Below are positions 19,587-50,774 of a stretch of 64,000 nt of DNA, piece by piece. The position numbers and the translations under genes were made by a program. Origin of the DNA: the human T2T-CHM13v2.0 reference genome, Homo sapiens. The notes under the pieces were generated by a model. The model saw only the letters and a program-made list of their open reading frames with translations. It was not told the DNA's origin and did no database searches. Location: assembly GCF_009914755.1 (NCBI RefSeq), contig NC_060934.1; one strand, 5' to 3'. Each line of letters starts with the position of its first letter. Position 1 is the stretch's first letter.

Positions 19587-22521
19587 TGTCGGATTTTTGA
19601 CAGACGTCTAAATTATACATTGAGTTTTCCACATGACCAAACACCACATCTCTTCCTTTGATTATCATTTTCAAAAGGGATTATAAAAAAAGAACCTTTT
19701 GATGGATCAGACTGAACCCTGAAACCACATGGAGTGCAGAGCTAAAAATAAAAGGAAGTAAGAACTGGTCCCCGAGAAGGAAAGGAAAGGGAAATCAAAG
19801 CAAACTCTGACGGGAATGGAGAGACGAGTCCTGGTGAGGGTGACATGGTGTCACCCTCCAGGCCAGGCCGGATAAGGAGCGGCCAACAGTGAGGGTGGGG
19901 CGCAGAGTGGCACAAAAATAGCCACTACTTTAGTCCAGAGGGGAATAAAGAAATTTGTCAAAAGCAAGGAGAGAGAAGTGGAGACGGAGGGAGGGAGGAA
20001 GGAAGGGGGCAGGACCATGTCCTCCCAGCAGCCGTGGGAGCTGCGGACTCCTTTAACCCTGGCACATTTCTAACCGCCGGCATAATCGCTGACTTTCAGC
20101 TGTGCACCGACATGTTCCCCAGCTCAGCCCACATCAATGACACCCTTGTTTCCATAGTAACCAAGGGAGAGTGAAGGGGAAAGGGTGTGTTGCACTGGGT
20201 GCAGGGAATCCAGCCAAAAGCAGCCACACGGGGTAGGTCGGGAGGAGGGGAGGACTCGAGTTTTTCCCACAACTGGCTTGAGCACGTATCACGAGCACCC
20301 CCCAGGCCTTGCCTGCCCTCCGGCCCCCAGCCCTCTCCCCCGCACATTCAGATGCAATTGTGCGCAGGGCAAAAGTCTCGCTAAGACTCACTGGGGACAG
20401 GAGGAGGGGAAAAGGGGTCTTCCCTTTCCAGCTTCAAATTCTGTCTTCTGGTCAGGGGGCAGGAGTGGGCAGGGAAGAGGCAAGAGGGCTTTAAAAAGTA
20501 TTTTGTTTTTAAATGGGAGCTTTCAAACTCTGCCTTTTTCAGGCTTCTCTCATCTACCCCAGAGCCCCAGGAGGGTTCAAAAGGGCTCAAAGGGAAGATG
20601 AAAGCGTGTGACATCTGCAGTGTCTCTGTGTCTCTGCAGCTGAGAGCAAATCAGAACATTTACAGAGGCCGTTATCAGAGGAGTGGCTTCTGCCTGCTAG
20701 GAGAGGCCTTGGGATGGCTCTTTAAAACAGTCCCCTAAGTTGGTGGTAAAAGAACAAAAATATTTTACAGACCCTCCAATGCCAAAGTTCCATACTGCAG
20801 TGTTCCAAAATTGCAGACCTCCAAGCAGGCATTTTGCCCCTCAGATAACTTGTCCCTGCTGAACTATTCGGAAGAAAAAACAATTTGCAAGTGCTAGAGC
20901 CACATTTGCAGCCTGGTAGAAGGGGGATTTCTGATTCCTTATAATTCTGTGTTGCCTCTGTAAGGGAGAGCTTGGGTGAGCCAGAGAAGCCAGTGGAGGA
21001 GGCTGCAGAGAGCAGCTAGCTCTGAGGTTAAAAAAACCCCTCACTTTCTTTTGTTTTGCAAGTCCTTACAGGTCTGTCCACAGCAACTCTGGGGCACCTT
21101 TTCACGGCTGGCTTTGTTAATGACTTTCATGTCAGATCGCTTTTGAAGCTGGCTATGCCTCAGTCTCTGCTGCACTCTTAGCCAGAAGCAGCTGGGTATT
21201 GAGGGCCAGGGGCTGCAGCGGCCCCTTCAGTCTGCTCACACGCCCTGATGGGCTTGGGAAGGGCCACCTCCCAGGATGAGAAGGCAGCTGGCCCCCAGGG
21301 ACCCACCAGTCACTGGACAGTCTCTTATTCATTCTCTGAAAACCCCTGAGCTCAGGCACCAGAACAGAGTTTAATTCAGGAGCCGGGCAATGCTCTGGCC
21401 TGTTTCCCCATGTTTGAAGCTGAGGATTTCTGAGGTTCAGGGAAACAAGCTCGTTTTGCAACGAGGGGCAGGAGAAATGTTCTGCTATTCCTCTCCAATC
21501 AATCAACAGAGGACGGACATTCTGCTGCAGAGAGGCAGAGGAGCCCAGCAGCTGGGGTGACTCTTGATTCCTTGGACACGACCCCTGCAGTCACACACAC
21601 ACCCATGTCCTCCCCAGCAGCAAACCCTCTCCATCCAGGAGCATCCCACACCACCAAGTTGCCAGCACTGTAAAAATTGATCTAAAAATCGATCTGCCTG
21701 GCTTTTCTCAGTGGAGCAGGTTCATGGTAAAGCTGCATTTATTTCTAAAATCTGATAGCAGCGGCCTATTGTGATCGTTTAAACACAGAATTCTTTGAGC
21801 TTTAGAAATCCTGTCTATAGGATGGCCGTGGAGAAGCCAGCTAATCTCAGAGTCGGCTGCTCACTGCTCCACTGAGCTGGAGAAAGCCTGTTTACGCTAG
21901 CCTGAGCCCTCGATGTGAGAGCTTTTTAAGGACCTTGTAATTTTTCTGGAATTAAACCTCCCACCTCTCCTTACATTCCAGATGTCATTACAGTCAAAAG
22001 TCATAAGAATTTGCTTCTCTGTGTGGCTGGCTGGGGCAGAGGCAGGGGTGGGTGGGATGGGGTATGTTTCTGTAGTGACTTGTCTGCAAGAAAGACTTTT
22101 TTTTTTTTTCTGTCCAAAGAGTGAGGATTACATACGTAGTCTCCGACCTGCAAGACGATGAGATGGTTTAATTATCTGCCTTTTCTCCCCCCACCCCCAC
22201 CCAGCAGCTTCCTGTCGGACAGACTGAAGCCTGGCTGGGCTAGTGACGGTAAAAATCACTGACAGCACCAGCAAACACTGTCTGTGGTTTCAAAACCATG
22301 GAGGGAATGCAAGGGACGGGTCAGTAAATAAATGAACTCAGCAAAGCTGCTTCTTCCTCTTTTTCTTTTTCTTTTTTTTTTTTTGAGAGGAAAAAAAAGC
22401 CCACTGGAATTGTCTAAACTGCAATGCAATCTCTTGCTCATTTAAAAGATCTCATTTTCTAATCATGTGCTTTGAGACATTTAATACTATTTCAATTATG
22501 CAGAGGAAATAATATAATTCC

Positions 22522-22527
22522 TTTATT
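22522..22527 (-). terminator. ARL3: ARL3 proximal polyadenylation signal AATAAA (another at 21738-21743)
   Basis: tttatt ~200 nt past the stop in A/U-rich context. Confidence 0.65.
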
Positions 22528-22726
22528 TGAAAAATGATACTGAACCTCAGAGATCAGTTAAATCTACTGCTGGAATGGGGATTCTTTCTAAACCGTGTTG
22601 TTCCCTCTCTTCAAACAGCTGGAGCTGTACACAGATGGAAAAACATTTGGTCAGAAAGCAGCAAATTAGTGTTTTTCAGGACCGAATTCGGCTCCCGCAG
22701 CTCCTGCATCTCCATTCGTCTAGATT

Positions 22727-22774
22727 TTATTTCTTCTTTGCATTGACATTTTTGCAGACCCAGTTCATGCCATC
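22727..22774 (-). CDS. ARL3: ARL3 exon 6 coding part (DGMNWVCKNVNAKKK*)
   Basis: AG at 22775-22776; TAA stop; total 1+48+39+17+62+15 = 182 aa, the ARL3 length. Confidence 0.97.
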   Translation of the reverse strand, partial: DGMNWVCKNVNAKKK

Positions 22775-25700
22775 CTTTGAGGGAAATGGGCAGAGAAAGG
22801 CAGTGTTAGTTATAAGAAAAGCACCACACACTCTAGCCTGGAGGGGCGGGCAGTGGGGGTCCCAGGCCCTCCCTCCCAGACCGCCAGCTTTAGGGAGTTT
22901 GCTTGGCTCAGGGGCCCACCTGGGTGACCAGGGACAGTGACCTCCCAGGAGGAGGAGGAGGGAGGTCTCTGAGAGCACAAGAGGGCGATGGGAGGGGGAT
23001 GCCCAGCGCCTGAACTTGAGATGGGTCCTCAGGAACTCCCTCTGAAAAAATAAACACATCTGCCTGCATCCAAAGCCTGACTGAAGAGCTATCAGGAAAG
23101 ATTCCAGCCATTTTTGGCTTTTTCTAAAAGGTGACCTTTGCCAGGGCATTAAATTCAATAAGCCACCCTTTTGGTGCCCCATGTGTTTACAGTGTGACAG
23201 TGTACACTTGGGTTAAATTAAATTTCTTTTTGGAAAAACAAACCTACTGCCGTGAGTGTTGCGAGGCACACACCAGGGCGATGTGCATTTACTTCTCTTC
23301 CTGCAGCACTCCAGATAGGTTTAAAAGGGTCTGGCCCGCTTCTTATAGCTTTAAGCACCAGCATCCAGAGGGACTGGGGAGAAGGTTCCCTTAAAGGCAC
23401 AATGACCTTGAAAGCGCCCTCTCTTAGAAGGCTGAAGAGGGACCAAGGTAAAAATCACACAATGCCTACAGCTACCTGGCAGGCAGCATAATTCCTACGG
23501 ATGCCAGGCCTGTCAGAGGTGAACTCCTTCCCAACCCCCTTTGGAGCCAAACCTGGACACTCTCCCCTTCCCTAGAGTCTCCCCAACCTTCAAGAGTGTG
23601 TGGAGTTCCCTCAGAAGCCCTGAACAAAATCCAAGGCAGCTGCTGCCATGAGTCCTTCCCCTTGCATCTGTAACAGAGGCTCACGGAGGTCCCAGCTACA
23701 TCTGCACACATCAGCCATACTGGACATGCCACCGAGTCCCACATTTCCTGTGGCCATGGATCTAGCTGCCGAACCTGAACAGCTGAGACAGCTTACAGTA
23801 ATAAATATCAGCTGACACCCTTGGCCATTCGGAACATTAATCCCATAAACAATACATCACTGCAAAAAAACAACCAGCAGGCATCCTCTCTCCTGGCTCA
23901 TCTGACCGTCACCTGAATTTACAGTGATTACAACTCTGCCAGTTGCTGTCAGTGCACTTGGGCAGCAGAACTAGATAATCTGACGGCTGTCCCAGAGCCG
24001 ACATCTGACCTTTGCCAAGATGAGGCCGGTGGCGCCGAAAGCCCGAAGGTGGACAGCACCTGGCAGCAGCAGGGGGAAGGGCAGAGGAATGCCGAGGTGG
24101 GAGAAATGAGGACTCCAAACGCATCTCTAATTACAATGGGGTCAGCTACTTACTCTGAGAAGCTAAGGCCAATTTTAAGACCATTTTATGAAAAGGATTA
24201 ATTTAAAGAGAAGCATGTTTAATTTTAGTAGCTAATTGGTTTCCAGGAAAAAAAAAAGATCACCTGTCAAGAGACAAAAAAGATTTTACAAATAAAAGAG
24301 GGATGAATAAGATAAGCATCTTCTCTCGCCTGGGAAGCTGAATAGCTCAGCACTTACATAGCACTTTCCACCTTCAGGGGCTCACACAAACACTCAAAGG
24401 TGGGCACCTCAACACTCTCTCCTCTACGGAGGCTCGCACTCAAACCATCTTCTCAGAGAAATCAAGGACAGTGTGCCCACACTATGTGAATAGCGCTTTG
24501 CCTTTTCCTTGCTTTATGGCTGATTAAGGAGAGATTATTGCATATAACTGAACATGAATGCAGGCAAAGAGATAGGAAAAATATTTACTCAGCTGCAGGA
24601 GCCCAAAGCAGAAGGTGGAGGGTGTGGGGTGGTTTTATGCTGGGTCTCTGTTATGGAGGCAAAGGAGGGTTCAAACGGCAGAGCCCTGCTGAGGGACAGT
24701 GTCTGGTGTCTCCAGGTGCCTGTGAGGGCCAGCAGTGGTGAAGCCCTTCTAGCCACTGTCCTGCCAACAGAGGGCGCACAGAGGCCAGTCCCTGCCAGCT
24801 GACCCCCGGCCTGGGCCCCTGCAGCTGCCGCTGCAACCCTGAGTGTGGGAAGCACAGGGAGCGTAAACAGGGGACCGAGCCCTGTGGCTGCCCTGGGCCC
24901 GGGAGGCCCCTCTAATCTGAAGCGGCTAGTGCTTGGGGAGTGGCATCTTTCTTGTGCTGGGCAGAAGAGAACTGGGCTGGAGGTGGGAGGGGAGGGAAGG
25001 GGAGGCATTGGCCAACAATGGTACCTCCTCAATCACGTGGCCATGGATCTAGCTGGGGCAAGCTTTGTCAATCACATCAGGGCAAGCTTTGTCAAGCTGC
25101 CTCCTGGAAAGGAAAGGCAATGGTGGTGCCCAAGCTCCCCTAGGGGAGGCTCCCATCAGACTTGCTGGAGATTATATTCCCAGAACCTAACATGATGTCT
25201 AGCCCACAGCCCACTTAATTCACATCTTTTAAGTCAATCCTTGTAGAAGCCTGCAAAGTAGGTGCTAGTGTTATTTCTCTATCACAGCTGAGGAGATGAA
25301 GGCACAGGACAGAGCAGGGCAATGGCAAGCTGTGGTGCCCAGCGTGGTGCTCCAGAGCTGCTTACCAGTTCTCCACGGATGTGGGTACCTGCCGGGTGAA
25401 GGGTTCTGCCCCAAGCTTAAAGAGGAGCTGGGAAGCACCCTGAAGATGGGAAAAGGAGGAATTCTGGTTTTATCCTCCTTGTGACTTCCGCTAAAAACAG
25501 GGGCCTGAGACTGGAGTAGCCCCAGCCAAGCCTCCCTGCAGCTCCGATAGTGCCAGAGGTTGTTATGGGCCATTCAGTTCTCAAGATTCCTGGGCTGTGG
25601 GTATCTGTATATGCAGAGGCCTGGTTATCTGCCTGGCTGCACAATCCTCACATATTAACCATCCACCCAGACCACCTCCTCCAGTGGAAATGCTACATTT

Positions 25701-25793
25701 AGAGAAAACATACTTGCAAGAGGAGGAACCTTCTGCTTCTTATGTTTAAATAAATGTTCCATACCACTCTTGCTTTCACCTGGCAAGGAAGGC

Positions 25794-31105
<5,312 letters not shown>

Positions 31106-31578
31106 TTAGGGGGAGCCTGCTTTTCCGGTACACAGTTCCTCAGTACAAAGCATGGGGCTTTCTGTCAGCAGAAGCCTCCCAGTGGGAAACCAACCTGAAG
31201 TAGCAGGAAACAGACACCAACCCTAGGGGTAGGGAAGATAACCAACAGAAGAAATAAAAACACTTCTAGGATGACTAGTACGTGTATGGTTATTGGTGGC
31301 TATCACCTTGGAAGTACAGGCATTTTAGCATCCGTAATATTAGACACAACACAAAACCCCAATCCAATCAATCATCAAAGAATCCTAGAGTTAGAGACAA
31401 TCCTCAGTCTTCTGTTCTCACATCCCTCCCAAAGGGGAAGCTTGCTGCACATGTGGGGTGGCTTACCTGGGGCACTGTTGGGGCACCTCATGATATCTGA
31501 TTGGTTGCTAAGCAGAAAAGAACCAAATTCCTCCATGCCCTTCATATCTTGGAATGGCTCATCTGCCCATCAAGATCA

Positions 31579-36845
<5,267 letters not shown>

Positions 36846-36879
36846 GTTTAGAGAACCATTTAATTTAATACTCCAAAGC

Positions 36880-37505
36880 AAGGGTAGGCAAACTTTTTCT
36901 GTAAGAGGTCAGCAGTCAATATTTTAGCCTCTGTGGCCCATACAATCTCTCTTTTTCTTTTTATTATACTTTAAGTTTTAGGGTACATGTGCACACTGTG
37001 CAGGTTAGTTACATGTGTATACATGTGCCATGCTGGTGCGCTGCACCCACTAACTCGTCATCTAGCATTAGGTATATCTCCCAATGCTATCCCTCCCCCC
37101 TCCCCCCACCCCACCACAGTCCCCAGAGTGTGATATTCCCCTTCCTGTGTCCATGTGATCTCATTGTTCAATTCCCACCTATGAGTGAGAATATGCGGTG
37201 TTTGGTTTTTTGTTCTTGCGACAGTTTACTGAGAATGATGATTTCCATACAATCTCTTTCACAACTCTTGAACGCTCCTGTTATTGTTAGAAGGCAACCA
37301 CAGAAAATCTGTAAACAAATGTATGTGGCTATGTTCCAAGTAACTTCATGGACACTGAAATGTGAATTTCATATAATTTTCACATGTTGTGAAACATTAT
37401 TCTTTTGGCGTTTTTCTCCCCAACCACTTAGAAATGTAAAAACCACTCCTAGCTTGAAGGCTGTACAAAAACTGGAGGCAGCCTGGATCAATTTGTCGAC
37501 CTGCT
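36880..37505 (+). mobile_element. MER58B hAT-Charlie element interrupted by an L1
   Basis: ggcaaactttttctgtaa...attttag...ggcccatac and gacactgaaatgtgaatttcatataattttcac...aatgtaaaaaccact match MER58B. Confidence 0.8.
36951..37244 (-). mobile_element. 5'-truncated young L1 (L1PA2/3-like 3' UTR, ~295 bp) with 13-bp TSD CCATACAATCTCT
   Basis: Near-perfect L1 3' UTR; TSD at 36938-36950 and 37245-37257; GAG (not ACA) and A (not G) at the L1HS-Ta diagnostic sites. Confidence 0.92.
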
Positions 37506-38226
37506 CTATAAAGCAAGATTTGATTACGGTACTCTAGAGATAATGGGAAAGAATGAACCAGGCAACTCTTGTGTCAAGCCTCAAGCCTGCTCTTCTAGGC
37601 AGTGTGGAGTCTAGCGTAATAAGTCTTTTTCAACCAACAATGGAAGACTATTAAACATAGACAAATATAACCCATCCACCACCTTCACTCTAAGCTGCTA
37701 CAAAACTGGCAGACAGGGCTGTGAGTCACAAGGCCTTAGAATCTAATCCCAGGGACTCAGTTCCTCCCTCATACTTGTTTAATCTCAAACAGCACTGGAA
37801 AATAATGAAAGGTTGACTCTCAATCCAAAATATTATCTTGTACTAGTGTCGAGTACAAGGATGCAGCTGGAGGAAGCTTCTCTAGTGTTGCTGTGAACCG
37901 ATTTTTGCTGGATTGTACGTTAATTCCCAGGTACTCTCAGATCATGTGAATGTGGAATCCAGGGTTACATTATATTACAAGCAACTTGCAGTCTGCCCTC
38001 AAGCTGTTAGAGCTTATGATTTAAAATTACCCTTACCTGGAGACCAGAAAGTTTCTGAGACCTCCTTATGGAGACTTACAATCATTAATGTCTTTATATA
38101 CTTCTCTTCCTTGGGTATTTCTTTCAAGATACCTTAATCCAGCAGATGAACAGATAGGAATGTAATTTCTCTCAGCCACCTGCTTTTTCCTAACTCATGA
38201 TTGAAAGAGGAAAAAGGAGTCTATAG

Positions 38227-38729
<503 letters not shown>

Positions 38730-38829
38730 TAGCCAGGATGGTCTCGATCTCCTGACCTCGTGATCTGCCCGCCTTGGCCTCCCAAACTGCTGGGATTACA
38801 GGCATGAGCCACCGCACCCGGCCCCTCTG

Positions 38830-41350
<2,521 letters not shown>

Positions 41351-41777
41351 AATTTTTTTTTTGTTTTTGAGACTTGTTTTTTGTTTTGAGACTCTTGTTG
41401 CCCTGGCTGGAATGCAATGCCATGATCTTGGCTCACCGCAACCTCCACCTTCCGGGTTTAAGCGATTTTCCACCTGAGTAGCTTACGGGCATGTGCCGCC
41501 ACGCCCAGCTAATTTTGTATTTTTAGTAGAGACGGGGTTTCTCCATGTTGGTCAAGCTGGTCTCGAACTCCTGACCTTAAGTGATCCACTTGCCTCGGCC
41601 TCCCAAAGTGCTGGGATTACAGGAATGAGCCATCGCACCAGGCCTGATTTAAAATATTTTTAATTATTTTTATTTTTTTGTTTTTTTCTGAATTAAAAGA
41701 ATTTTATCTTACCTCACCTTATCTTATCTCATCTTATCTTAGAGAGAGTCTCACTCTTGTTGCCCAGGCTGGAGTGA

Positions 41778-41972
<195 letters not shown>

Positions 41973-42712
41973 TAGTAGAGACGGGGTTTCACCGTGTTAG
42001 CCAGGATGGTCTCGATCTCCTGACCTCGTGATCCACCCACCTCGGCCTCCCAAAGTGCTGGGATTACAAGCGTTAGCCACAGAGCCTGGCCAACATTTTT
42101 TTTTTTTTTTTTGAGACGGAGTCTTGGTCTGTCGCCAAAGCTGGAGAGCAGTGGCGCAATCTTGGCTCACTGCAACCTGCACCTCCCTGATTCAAGCAAT
42201 TCTCTGCCTCAGCCTCCCAAATAGCTGGGATTACAGGCGCCCACCACCACGCCTGGCTAATTTTTTGTATTTTTAGTAGAGATGGGGTTTCACCATCTTG
42301 GCCAGGCTGGTCTTGAACTCCTGACCTTGTGATCCACCCGCCTCAGCCTCCCAAAGTGCTGGGATTACAGGCGTGAGCCACCGCACCCGGCCAACAGTTT
42401 TTTAAAATGCAAAAATTCCTGTCCTCACGGAGCTTACCTTACAGTGCAAGAGAAAGCTAATAAATAAAAATATGTCTGATGGCAATAGGTACAAAGAATC
42501 TGCTGATAGATCAGATGAGGGGAGTGAGGAGAGGGAGCCAAGGATGATTGCATTGTTTCCGGAGGAATGGGACTCCCATTTACTGAGAAGACTGTGGGAA
42601 GAGTAGGGTTGAGTAGAACAGGATGAAAACAGGAATTTGGTTTTAGACATGTTGAGGCTGAGGGACTTACCAGCCGCTGAAGTGGAGATGTCAAATAGGC
42701 AGCTGGCTTATA

Positions 42713-43387
42713 TAGTCATGTGTTGCTTAATGACAGGGGCATGTTCTGAGAAATGCATTATTAGGCAATTCTGACATGGTGCCAACATCATACAGTGTAC
42801 TTACACACACCTAGATGGTCTACTGCACACCTAGGCTGTATGGCATAGCCTATTGCCCCAGGCTATAAACCTGTACACGAAGTTACTGTATCGAATACTG
42901 CAGGCAACTGTAAAACAATGGTAAGTATTTATGGATCTAAACATATAAAAGGTAATGTGTTATGACAGCTATGTCACTAGGTAATATAAATTTTTCAGCT
43001 TTATTATAATTTTTTTTTTTTTTTGAGAAAGAGAGTCTCGCTGTGTTGCCCAGGCTGGAGTGCAGTGGCGCAATCTTGGCTCACCGCAATCTCCACCTCC
43101 TGGGTTCAAGCAATTCTCTTCCTCAGCCTCCTGAGTAGCTGGGATTACAGGCATCCACCACCATGCCCAGCTAATTTTCATATTTTTAGTAGAGATGCAG
43201 TTTCACCATCTTGGCCAGGCTAGTCTTGAATTCCTGACCTCGTGATCCACCTGCCTTGGCCTCCCAAAGTGCTGGGATTACAGGCGTGAGCCGCTGCGCC
43301 CGGCAGCTCTATTATAATCTTAAGGGACCACTATCATTTATGAGGTCAGTCACTGACCCAAGTGTCATTATGTGGCACATGACTGTA
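42713..43387 (-). mobile_element. Tigger3a/MER7A DNA transposon inside an L2 (~42410-44000), with an Alu (43010-43303) inserted
   Basis: TIRs (t)agtcatgtg...cacatgactgta; ctgagaaatgcattattaggcaatt; TSD cagctYtattataat around the Alu. Confidence 0.8.
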
Positions 43388-44204
43388 TATGAAACTCAAG
43401 TTCAGGGGAGAATTCCAGGCTAGAGATGATAGTTTGAGATTCATAAGCATCTAAGTGGTCATTAAATCCTTCAAATTAGACGAGGTCACCTAAGCAGTGA
43501 CTCAGAGAAGAAAAACACAAGGACTCCAGGGCTCTCTAACATTTGGAGGTTGGGAGATTAAAAAAAAATAGCAATGGAGATTTAGGAGGAGTAGCCAGTG
43601 AGGAGGAAAACCAAGATAGAATGGTGTCTTGGAAGCCAAGAAAAGACAATGTTTCAAAGAGAGCATGACCAATGTTAAATGGCCTGATAGGTCAAGTGAG
43701 ATGAGTACTGAAAACTGAACCCTACTTTTAGCAATGTGGAATTATCAGTGACCCTGAAAAGAAGGCTCAAGAGTAACTGGGAGGAGATAAAGCAAAGACA
43801 GAGAGCATAACAAACTCTTTCAAGGAGTTTTGCTATAAAGGGAGGCTGAGGAATGGGACAGTATTGGAGGGGGATGTATGGTCAGGAGGAGTTTTCTGGG
43901 GCTTATTTTTTCTTCATTAAGCAAGAGAAGCTACAGGATATGTTTATGTTGATGGGAATGATCCAGAGGAGAGAGACACTTAGGAAACAACAGCAGAAGG
44001 TGAAGCTGTTTGAGATGCAAGATGATTTCTTTTTTTTTTTCTTGTCTTGAGACAGAGTATCACTCTGTCTTCCAGGCTGGAGTGTGGTGGCCTGATCTCA
44101 ATCTGGGCTCACTGCAACCTCCGCCTCCTGGGCTCAAGCGATCCTCCCACCTCAGCCACCCCAAACTGCTGAGATTACAGGCATGAGCCACCACACCTGG
44201 TCTA

Positions 44205-44360
44205 GATGATTTCTATTCGTAATAAAGACATAGATATGGCTGCTATTATTGCAGTTTATTGCCTTTCATCATAATTGATGTAAACGCAAACTTTTGGTTA
44301 GAGGTTAGTAAAAGCGACATGCAATTTTTCTCCCATCTAAGTTCATGAGCCCCCCTAGTT
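44205..44360. mobile_element. hAT-Charlie family fragment
   Basis: ttagaggttagt...caatttttctcccatctaagttcatg resembles recalled Charlie consensus; subfamily uncertain. Confidence 0.45.
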
Positions 44361-45052
44361 TTAGGGTATGATTATGCAAGTATGTGGCTGAGGTAGAGTA
44401 GATGACAAGACCATTGAAGGAGGGCTGGTGAAGGAACTGAGAGGCTGAGGTTTTGTGGAAATCATGTAAGTGGACAGTGAAATCTCCAAGAATTCTGAAA
44501 CCGTGATGGTCCTAAAGGAAGTGACAGCGAGCTGGGAGCTAAAATCTCGGCCTCCACTTGAATGAACGCTCCCTGAATCAGGGTATTCCCAATGCACGAG
44601 GCAGCTTCTCCTACTACTGGACGATTGTAATTATAGGAAACTTCTTCCTTAATCTGAATTACATTCTACCACCTAACATTCCCCATCTTGCTCTTGGCTC
44701 AGCCCTCTAGAACTATTCAATCCCTCTGACTTAAGATAATTCTTGAAGCAGCCTAGACAGTTCCCAGTGTTCTCTTTTCCAGGAATAACATTCTCAGGTC
44801 TTTCAACCACTCCTTACACATCATGGTTTCCAGTACTTTCACTATTTTGCTTGCTCTCTTTGCAATACACTTGATTCGTTGTCTTCCTAGGGGTGACAGT
44901 CAGTGGCATGATCTTCTGACTTCCCTTCTGCTATTCAAATCACTATGGCAATTAATAACACTTTATTTTGCCAAGATGGGTGTGGGTACAACATTGTTAC
45001 TGAGCGACAGCAAAACATCTTATACAAGTTATACAAAGATGTTTTTCCTTTA

Positions 45053-45343
<291 letters not shown>

Positions 45344-45956
45344 TTATTAAACTTTGGGATCATAATTCTGACAAAGTTACATTTAATAGCTATGTTTTTT
45401 ATTAATTCTAAAGTACTCTGCCATATGTGATACTGGTAATGCTGAAAATGATTTGTTGTGACAGAGAATAAAGAAACATATTTATACATGCTTGTTTCAT
45501 CCAGGTTGTGGAGTCAGTGTTAATAATGTCAGGCTAACACAATGTTTTTCTACAATGAACATATATACATATATAATTACTGAGGATAACTCCAAATGAG
45601 AATAGCTCTAATTAACCAACACACATCACATGCCCATGAATCTTCAGGATGGTAAAATTTAACAGGACATTTCATGTAACTAACAACAAAAAAAAAGCTG
45701 AATCTGAAGACTCAACAGGAAAGAACACAAGCTAAATTTAAAGAGGCAAAAGCTACAAATCTAGAGGATTAGATTCTTCAAGAGCAGCTCAAAATAAATT
45801 TCCTACAGGGATTAATCAGGAAAAAGAGCAGAACTGAGGATGCTATGGGGGAGGCTGGGTTTGTAACTCGAATATATCAGCCCAGTAGGGAGGTGGAGCC
45901 CTCAGTTGCAGACACTGATGGAAACAAACAAGTGGTCAGTTAAAATTGTGCTTTCA

Positions 45957-50500
<4,544 letters not shown>

Positions 50501-50774
50501 TATAGGTACTCAGATCTGCTGGATTTGTCTATATACACACAAACACACACATGTGTATATATGTATACATATATTTTAAATTGTAACATAACACGTACAA
50601 TATGCAGCTGCTGAGGACATGTGCGGGTGGGGAAGGTGGGGCAGAGACGGAAGAGGGGTGCATGTGCTGAAAGGTGCTGTGTGGAGGCTGAAGCCCAGTG
50701 GGATGCAGATGCTGCAGTGGGGTGGCCTGATGAAGTGGGTACTGTGAAGTGTGTCTGCGTACACATTTTAACGT

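Larger units (their letters stand above)
19560..22726 (-). other. ARL3: ARL3 long 3' UTR (~3.2 kb, Alu-free)
   Basis: Unique sequence from the stop codon to a distal AATAAA; end position inferred. Confidence 0.75.

Noticed and set aside
36989-37537. 182-aa ORF
   Set aside because: Antisense L1 3' UTR read through into MER58B
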